Positions 55,340 through 64,000 of a stretch of DNA of 64,000 nt are shown in pieces (positions within the stretch are counted from its first letter, which is position 1; each line of letters opens with the position of its first letter). The stretch covers positions 240,064,001 to 240,128,000 of the forward strand of contig OZ024740.1 in the NCBI GenBank assembly GCA_964016885.1. Reading direction: 5' to 3'. Source of the stretch: Eledone cirrhosa. Taxonomy: Eukaryota. The notes below the pieces were generated by a model. It had not been told where the DNA came from. It saw only the letters and a list, made by a program, of their open reading frames with translations, and searched no databases. A program made the position numbers and the translations under genes.

Positions 55340-55615
55340 AAAGGTTGTAAAAGAAAAGAAATTGTCTTCCATTGAATCGCAAGAATGTTTTGCAAATGTT
55401 GAAGGTGCCAGCTATCGCAGCCATTTGTAGACTATGAATTAGGGTGCTGCGCTCTTTGTCCGTAAATCCAAGTTCAGTCATACTTTGGTCCAAGCGGGTT
55501 GGTATATAACCCGTAGCTCCAATAATGATGGGTATGAAGCTAAAGGTGTATCTTGGATACTGGATTTGTAAACTCCTCATCAATGGTCCGTAGATGTCCT
55601 CCTTCTCCTGTATTT
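55340..55615 (-). pseudogene. 3' fragment of an RLE-type non-LTR retrotransposon
   Basis: EKEDIYGPLMRSLQIQYPRYTFSFIPIIIGATGYIP..LQMAAIAGTFNICKTFL. Confidence 0.6.
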
Positions 55616-56608
55616 TTCATGTATGTATGTATGTTTGTATGTATGTATGCATGTATGTATGTATGTATATATGTGTGTATGTATGTATATATGTGTGTGT
55701 GCATGTGTGTGTGTTGGTGTCTGAGTCTGTGTGTGCGTACATATACATGTATGGTATAGTGTATTAGTCCCTCAAATCACGCGCTACCTTCTTAAAACAT
55801 AAGATAACACATTTTTTAGTATAGTTGTACATATATAAAACGACAGAAAAAAAACACGGCTGCTACATTTTCGTTGCTAGATTTTCTCAATATGAGCTCA
55901 TCTGGGAGTTAGACGACAACAACAACAATAACTATTGATGAAACCAGACTTGGTTGTGATGAAAAAAGCATTAAAAAACATATTGAAATGTGTTGTCTAG
56001 TTGGTTCTCAGCCAGACGGAGACACGATACATCTTCAGCATGTGAATCACACCGAGTTGACTAACGAACTATTTACTCACCGTAGGTCTACTCGTTTAGA
56101 CTAAACATCAAGCATAATATGAGACAGCATCAGTTATCCGTAGGGAGGTAGTGGTTTGTACTTAGCGAAGGCTTTTAGGACCTTGTGTTTGCAATTTCTG
56201 TATGTATTATATTGAACACATATCTCTATGTGTCTAATAGATCTAACCTGATATATCTAACTATTGAAAGAGACATTTTGTTGTGTTAGTAAATCGATAT
56301 ATTTGTAATCTATTTGAAGCAACAATGTCTCCTATTATTGTCAAATAGTATTAAACAGTAAAGCATCAATTTACTGTTTATTTGTTTAGCTTTCAGCATT
56401 TATATTTCTCCACTCATAGATTGACACTTATACAGAATAAAACTACTGCATAAAAATCTTGTTGAATGACCAGAAAAGTAACGTAAATAGTTTGTAAATA
56501 AATGTTTTAATGATATCTAACTCTCAAAGAGAGATTGTGTATTATTTTTTTGCATATAAATAGAACGACAAAGCTATATTATAAACTAATCTGTTTGTTG
56601 TTCTCTAG

Positions 56609-56700
56609 GTCCAGGTGTAATACAAGATTTGAGTAAAAAGATTGAATCGCATTCTATGGATGTTCGTAGACATTACGAGGAGATGATGCAGAAATTAAAG
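56609..56700 (+). CDS. USP domain gene, internal exon
   Basis: tttgttgttctctag acceptor, AAG|GTAACC donor; 92 nt, phase 1/0; (S)PGVIQDLSKKIESHSMDVRRHYEEMMQKLK; in frame with both neighbouring exons. Confidence 0.85.
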
Positions 56701-56854
56701 GTAACCATGAAAACCATTTTTTTAATTCTAGATTTTATTTCATAATGATGTGTTTCGTATGCTAGGGTCAATTTGTTGCTAAATGTGGCAGCAAAAACTA
56801 GTAAAATTTATTTTTTCTGTACAATTCTGATATTTTAATATTATCATTTCAAAT

Positions 56855-56961
<107 letters not shown>

Positions 56962-58673
56962 ACAAAGTGGAGAGGTTATATAGGAAATTTTTTGCCCAAT
57001 CACATCAAATGATTTTTGTTGTGTTAACACTGATCTGAGGATCAGGCAGACTTGAGTCTGGCCTGGGGTACCAACCAAGCTCACGAACCGGCTGCTTGAG
57101 AAATATTTGTAACCAGGATTGAGCGATAAATCTCCTATGTAATACCTCCACGTTGTTCTTATTATATACACTCTGCTCTGCATTGAGTGCTGACATTGGT
57201 ACTCTCACCAGTTTTCTTCGGACTTACAGAACTTTCTGCACACACTCACACACACACACGCACAAACACACATATATATATAAATCAGAAGAGAACCCAG
57301 TCACTGACCTTAGATATGTGATTATAAAAAATAATTTGTAATTTATTGACATGTAGGAAAGTGTGAAAGATAGGAAATTTCTACTTACTTATACTAACAT
57401 GCAATATATTCATTAATATTCAAAGAAATCTATGTTTTATTTATAAACCTATGATACAAACAACAGAAGGTTATCTGAATGTATTTGATTGTATTGGGTT
57501 AACTAGAATTACACATCTAATTTCTGCACCAAATATCTTATAATATGCTAGAATTGCTTTCAAGTATTCTATAACTATAAATGATTCAGGTACTTCAAAA
57601 TTCTATTAATCCTTAAAGTAGAATGTTAACACTATTGCATGAGAATCTAAAGAAACTTTCACTGGATGTTACAAACTTAATTAGATTTAACCAATGGAAT
57701 ATTGACATAAAATCGTTTCACATGTAAATTAATTAATTAGCTTTGAATTTTCGAACATCTAATTAGAGTGTAATTACATAATGTTGTCATCTATATAACA
57801 AATATATAACGTATGCGTACAACATATGCATACCATGTATATAGCATGTAATGTATATAATATGCTTGATATGTGTATAATATACAGTGAATATAACATG
57901 TAATTATTGTTTTTCCACGAGAAAATGTCAAATTTCAATATTAATTTGTTAGAGAAAAAAAGGCATAGCATTTTGTAAATCGCACTGCTTCTTGGGACCC
58001 CGTCCTGATTACCGATCTGAATGCGCTTCATATTGTCAAGAAACGTCTGTAGGTCGATATCTAAAAAGAAAATGGTCAGAATTTCTTGCTGCTTACAGCC
58101 ATGAATACGAATAACTAGTGGGAGTATTTAGTGACGGTCTTAGGCGTGAAATACAGGACATAGTGATGGTTTCAGAAGTAGTTACATCCAGTGGTTTTGG
58201 TTAGATATCATACACAGCTTATTACTTTAAATAGACTATTTCAAGTAGTGTTAGATGAAACAGCGAGAAAACACGGCACATTTATAAACCAGCAGTTACA
58301 GTGTGATTGTAAATGAACCGCCTCCAATCAGTTGAATGACCTTCGTTTGGCTGCAGTCATGGATATTTAAATACTAATGTGTGCAAACAGTTAACAACTA
58401 AGCAGGACTTAAGTTTCTGTTGATTCTATATCCGTCACCTTTGAAATGTTGAAAGAGTGTACCAGACAAGTTAATAGATGACAGTGTCAGAGGTTATCTT
58501 ATTGGAGGATGGAATAAACATGTAGGATGTATACATAGGACAGAGTAGATCCATGAAGAAGAAAATATATTGAAGAGTTTGAGAACAATGGGATTGGATT
58601 GTTTCCGAGAAGGTATGCGGGTTGTTTGTATGTGTGTGTGTGTCTATGAAAGGGGTGAGGAAATGCTAGTGAA

Positions 58674-58718
<45 letters not shown>

Positions 58719-58744
58719 ATGTGTGTGACTTTGTGTGTATTCAC

Positions 58745-59089
58745 AAGCATTTCTCACAGTAATCCATACATACGGCATTATGATGGGACCTAACTATGCC
58801 AGATTATTTGTTGGCTATGTTGAGGCCCTCATCTTTATGACAGATGTATCGATGATTTCATCAATAGCACCTTCCTCACCTGTGCCCTGCTCATCATATG
58901 TATCGACTATATTGACTTTTAACCATCATGTTTTGATTTCTACCATATCCTCTTCATTTCTTCGACCTCTCTGTCACTATCGACCTCTCTCTCTCTCTCT
59001 TCCTCCCTCTCTATCTATCTATCTATCTATCTCTATCCATCTCTCTCTATCTCTCTCTATATACATCTATATCTCTCTCTCTATCTCTA

Positions 59090-59187
<98 letters not shown>

Positions 59188-60560
59188 TCTTTCCTTCCGT
59201 TTTCTACAAACCTACTAACTTCCACACTTTCCTCACCTTTGCCTCTTAACGTCCCAACTAGATGAGATATTCCATCGCCTTTACAGCCAAGTCAAAGATT
59301 TTGTGCGGCCCAGCTACCAACAGAGAATGTTTCACAACGTCCTTCTCCTAGCCCATAACGTTGATCATACATCAGCTCTCACACCCAACACTTGACACCG
59401 TCCAGGCTAATACCTTACCTTGTCAACGGTATATTCTACGTATTTCCACTGTCTTCGTTTACACTCCACTACTTTCTTTAGAATCCATAAATGTCCCCTC
59501 TCCTACTTTAAACTGATCTCCAGCCTACGTGCTCTCTTTGTCTACAGACACTTAGTTCCCAATCCTGGTCGTTCTTGTGCTTTAGAATACGTTGCAATAC
59601 TTGCCCATGCGTCCACAATAATACCACTCTCCTTCGACCCAAGTATCACTGGCTACTTACTTTACCTGCACCACAAGGAATTATATTTATTGTATTAAAT
59701 ACTTTGTCTATGGTCTTATATACATTGGAGAGACTGGTCGCAGGTTCAGACAACATATCCCATTCTTCCACTGCTATATCTGTATAGATTCCATATATTG
59801 CACACACATACATACAACGGAACACGAACATATTTATTAAGTTCACACATACACATAACTTGCAATGCACACTTATCTCACACAAACTCCTACGGCCAGT
59901 TGGTAACATCTCGTTCACTTCTGCACACCCAGATCACCTCCTATTTCTCCCCCTTTTGCATTCCCCACTCCATTTTACCACACTCTCCTTTCTCACTTTC
60001 CCACGATCTCATTATTCCCATTAGTTCATACTAACATACAGTTCGTTACTTCTACTCCCTACCTGCTCTTATTGCCACCATGTTCATTTGTTCACTTCCT
60101 GCCCTAAACGAACAAACTTTTGCCCTTCAACAGCATACAGCCATTTAATTCAGATCTAGTCTGCAATTTGGTATCATTATTACATTATCGGTAGAGGGTC
60201 GGACGCCATGCTTTCCAGCATAGTTACGTCCCTTTACGATCTGAGTTCAAATCCCGCCGAGGTTGACTTTGCCTTTCATCCTTACGGGGTCGATAAAATA
60301 AAGTACCAGTAATGCACTGGGTAATTGCTGGCCTTGTGCCTAAAGTAGAAACAATTGTTACATTTTTTTTTTCTTATTTCTTATTCTCTACTTCTCCAAC
60401 TCTACTCTGATAATAGGTTTTACCCGAAACATCAGATCCCTTTCTTCTTTTTCTATTAGACATAGATATTTCCCTTGTACACACATTGTGCGTGTTTGTG
60501 TGCATATTTGCATAGTTATTGTCAATTATGTGTCTTCTGTTATAACATTTTTTTCACTTT
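58745..60560 (+). pseudogene. Highly decayed Penelope-like element
   Basis: MGPNYARLFVGYVE, RYIDDF, RCNTCP, YIGETGRR; hammerhead remnant CTGATAA..GAAAC ATC near 60408; interrupted by microsatellites and a SINE. Confidence 0.7.
60186..60356 (+). mobile_element. tRNA-derived SINE, 5'-truncated young copy
   Basis: Matches the 17957 copy from tatcggtagag onward. Confidence 0.9.
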
Positions 60561-60592
60561 CTCTTTATTTTGTTTTAACCTATCGCGTTATA

Positions 60593-60669
<77 letters not shown>

Positions 60670-60677
60670 TTATATAT

Positions 60678-60912
60678 AGTAATAATAATAAATTTGAAGA
60701 CTAAAATCCAAAGAGGGCTCGATAAGGATAAATATATCAAATATATAAGAACTGTAGAGCAAATATTTATTAAAATAACAGATTAAAGTTTAAGCAAAGA
60801 ATCGCCACTTTCACCCTTAACGGGATCTTCTGAAACTGAGTTTCAGAAGATCCCGTTAAGGGTGAAAGCAGCGATTCTTTGCTTAAACTTTAATCTGTTA
60901 TTTTAATAAATA
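60678..60912. mobile_element. Fold-back copy of the 16533 family
   Basis: Arms about 60763-60838 and 60839-60912, an almost spacerless palindrome; flanked by (TA)n. Confidence 0.85.
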
Positions 60913-60914
60913 TA

Positions 60915-60960
<46 letters not shown>

Positions 60961-60966
<6 letters not shown>

Positions 60967-62170
60967 GAATATAAAATGAAAGTGCTTTTATAAAGGAATG
61001 TATTAGGTATTGACATATGTTTCTGTAACAGACGGAATACCTATGTATCGCTGCTTGCGTAATCATATAATGTTAGCAAGTATTCGATAGCAAATGTATA
61101 ATCAGTTGTCACTTCTTCAAATGTACTATCGAATCGGGTAGCCACAAGTGGTACTATGTGGGGTCTACAGCTACCTCCTTCAAATCTCGCCTTTATAGAC
61201 ATCGTTACTCGATAAAACATGAAAACCAGCGTTATGTAACAACACTCGCAGACAAGGCTTGGCAGCTGCGCGAAAATAACCAACAATTTAACCTAAAATG
61301 GGATATAATAGCGTGCCCCTGCATATACCCAAGGACAGGAATTTTGTAAATTGTGTAATGTGGAATTATTTTGTATTATGAAATCCAAAAATATTTTATT
61401 AAATAACAGAATAGAGCGATCGTTATACTGTAACCTTGAAATCTACATTTTCATATTACAAACACTACCAGGATTGAACGCCTTTCTCCGTCTCCGTTTG
61501 ATTGTCAAAATACATATTAACATTCTCTATTATTCTTAATTCTATCAACTCTTATATTCTTTACCATTTAATATAAACTGCTATAGATAAAATGAGATTT
61601 CTTAATTCAATTCCCTAATGCATATACCAGCAGGCTAGTGAAAATCTCCCTCTTCCTTAATTGACACATCTATTAATACTACTACACCAAACGACCAGCC
61701 CTGTCCATTGTTCAATTGGTCAAGTATAGATTAAAATAGGCACTCCCAAAAATTCTTATTTAGATAAAATAAGCCATATACTCATTGTATTCTCATTAGA
61801 AACCTTCTATATACTTGTTTACCAGTAAATTGAATTGCCATCTGTCATATACTATCCCCTCTCTTCTTCCTTTCTTACAACTAATATAAATACTTCAATT
61901 TTTCTGATTTTTTCCAATTTTTCAAATATCTCTGAAGAAGTGACAACTGATTATACATTTGTTATCGAATACTTGCTAACATTATATGATTACGCAAGCA
62001 GCGATACATAGGTATTCCGTCTGTTACAGAAACATATGTCAATACCTAATAAATTCCTTTATAAAAGCACTTTCATTTTATATTCATCTTTTCTACATTT
62101 TCTCCGGAATATAATTTTTACTCGTTGAGCAAACCTACACGTACGCTGTTCATCTCTAACGTGACGATAT
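60961..62170 (+). mobile_element. 5'-truncated Naiad-like PLE (GIY-YIG end) with inverted terminal repeat and hammerhead (about 61926-62045)
   Basis: YYVGSTATSFKSRLYRH..TTLADKAWQL..LKWDII; 60961-61119 is the reverse complement of 61933-62091; CTGAAGA a-gtgaca...tgttac-a GAAAC atat GTC. Confidence 0.8.
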
Positions 62171-62198
62171 ATTATCACTACATTATTGATAGCTTGAA

Positions 62199-62342
<144 letters not shown>

Positions 62343-62349
62343 TAACACT

Positions 62350-62478
62350 GGAAATAGCACAGAAAATATATTTTAGGGTTTGTTTTTCTTTTTTTCCTTT
62401 CTTAATGTCATTTTGACGAATGAAAGAAAGGGAAAAAACGAAAAACAGACCCTAAAATATATTTTTTGTGCTATTTCC
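62350..62478. repeat. Short fold-back
   Basis: ggaaatagcacagaaaatatattttagggtttg / cagaccctaaaatatattttttgtgctatttcc. Confidence 0.75.
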
Positions 62479-63080
62479 AACTTCACTTTTTCTCTATAAC
62501 CACTGTTTTGAATAGAACATTACTTCCCTTTTCTTATATAAAAAATATATATATTGTTATACTTGGGGAGGGTGATATGTGCGTAATATTGCCAAAATTA
62601 ATAACAGAACACACTCACTGTTTGGTTGGTTTTCGCTTCTCGCTGTCTTTTATATCTGCGATCTAACTTACTCGGTCCTCAATGTTGCCATTGACTGACC
62701 GACGGTCAAAAATAATACAGATACAATATAGACACAAACACATATATATAGTTTACATAATTTACATAAATCTTTCGTTGCCCTTCTGCAACATCGTCAG
62801 TGGTGTTATATTTTTTTCCTCCTGTTGTGTTGTATGTCTACGCCATTTTTTATTCAGTCTGTCTATATATTTATTTATTTATTTGCTTGTTTGTTTATTT
62901 TATTTTATTTTGTCTTCTTTGCGCATGCGTTTGCGTGTGTGTATAGTGTTATGTGTGTTGTGTGACTAGTGTGTATAGTGTTGTGTCTGTTGGGTGACTA
63001 GTGTGTGTTTATGCGCTAAACTAATATATATATATATACTAATATTATTATAATATTATTATATTCACTTTCTTCTGCAG

Positions 63081-63329
63081 ATAAACGGGAAATTCCGAGT
63101 TGTGAATTGTTCTAAACCAGGTCACGGTGTGATTTCAATGATCGATGAGGTAAAGGCAACGTATGTTTTAACTGGAACACGTGGTCAAGGCAAAATTCGA
63201 CGAACCATTTTGGGGAGTGTAAGTGACTATATTGTGCACCATTCGCCTGTTCCTGTCGTTGTTGCCCGCCGAGAAAAACATCATAAACATGAAGAACGTG
63301 AAGATGGTGAATTCAAGCCAATGGTTTAA
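63081..63329 (+). CDS. USP domain gene, last coding exon
   Basis: ctttcttctgcag acceptor, phase 0; INGKFRVVNCSKPGHGV..VLTGTRGQGKIRRTILGSVSDYIVHHSPVPVVV contains the USP ATP-binding G-2x-G-9x-GS motif; TAA stop, AATAAA at about 63350. Confidence 0.92.
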   Translation: MNGKFRVVNCSKPGHGVISMIDEVKATYVLTGTRGQGKIRRTILGSVSDYIVHHSPVPVVVARREKHHKHEEREDGEFKPMV

Positions 63330-63766
63330 TGGAATGAAGTCAATGAAGCAATAAAATGGAGAAAGAGAGAGGGTGCAAAAGAGAGAGAGAAAGGGAGAGA
63401 AATAGAGGAAGAAAAATCAAATGAAAGAATGAAAAAAGGTGTGAAATTAAATAGTTACTGCTCCATCTATTTAACCATCTGTCCCGCATTCTTATCAATT
63501 TATCTATCTCAGTCACTAGGTGTTAGTCCCTGTATGTATATATATATGTGTGTGTGTGTGTTTATATATAAACGTATGTACGTATATCATATATATATAC
63601 ACAAACACACATATATATATGTGTGTGTGTGTTTGTTTGTGTGTGTGTACATATATATACGTATATATATATATATATATTTATACGTATACATAGTTAT
63701 ACGTGTACATATACATGCATACATTTATATATAAATGTATGTATGTATATCATTATATATATATAA

Positions 63767-63799
<33 letters not shown>

Positions 63800-64000
63800 G
63801 TCCATATATATATATAAATACATACATATACATACATGTATACCTACACACATTCTTACACAAAGTTGATTGTAAATAAGGAGTTAATGATTTAATATTC
63901 TATTTCAATCATTTCTAATACACACACGCATACATACATTCATACATACATACATGCATACATACACTGATATATACATACATTCATACATACATGCATA

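Overview
AT-rich, microsatellite-saturated animal genomic DNA; the repeat content suggests a cephalopod such as Octopus (inference). One host gene is visible on the + strand: three exons (8848-8928, 56609-56700, 63081-63329) of a universal stress protein (USP) domain gene whose first exon was not found in the window, with introns of 47,680 and 6,380 bp. The rest is mostly mobile DNA: a head-to-tail array of R4/Dong-clade retrotransposons in (TAA)n tracts (32.7-41.8 kb) with one intact 1130-aa ORF; decayed Penelope-like elements (PLEs; Naiad-like and Neptune-like); a DD37D (maT) transposon; RTE, CRE and Tx1/L1 relics; and more than ten tRNA-derived SINE copies. The most striking hidden layer is about 15 type I hammerhead-ribozyme (HHR) motifs in PLE-type terminal repeats and fold-back elements beside (TA)n tracts. 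They use three core types: canonical CUGANGA, a recurrent UUGANAA (U3-A8) core and a recurrent CCGANGA (U4C) core. One element fuses a tRNA-like head to a hammerhead. All calls are from reading by eye; boundaries of decayed repeats are approximate.
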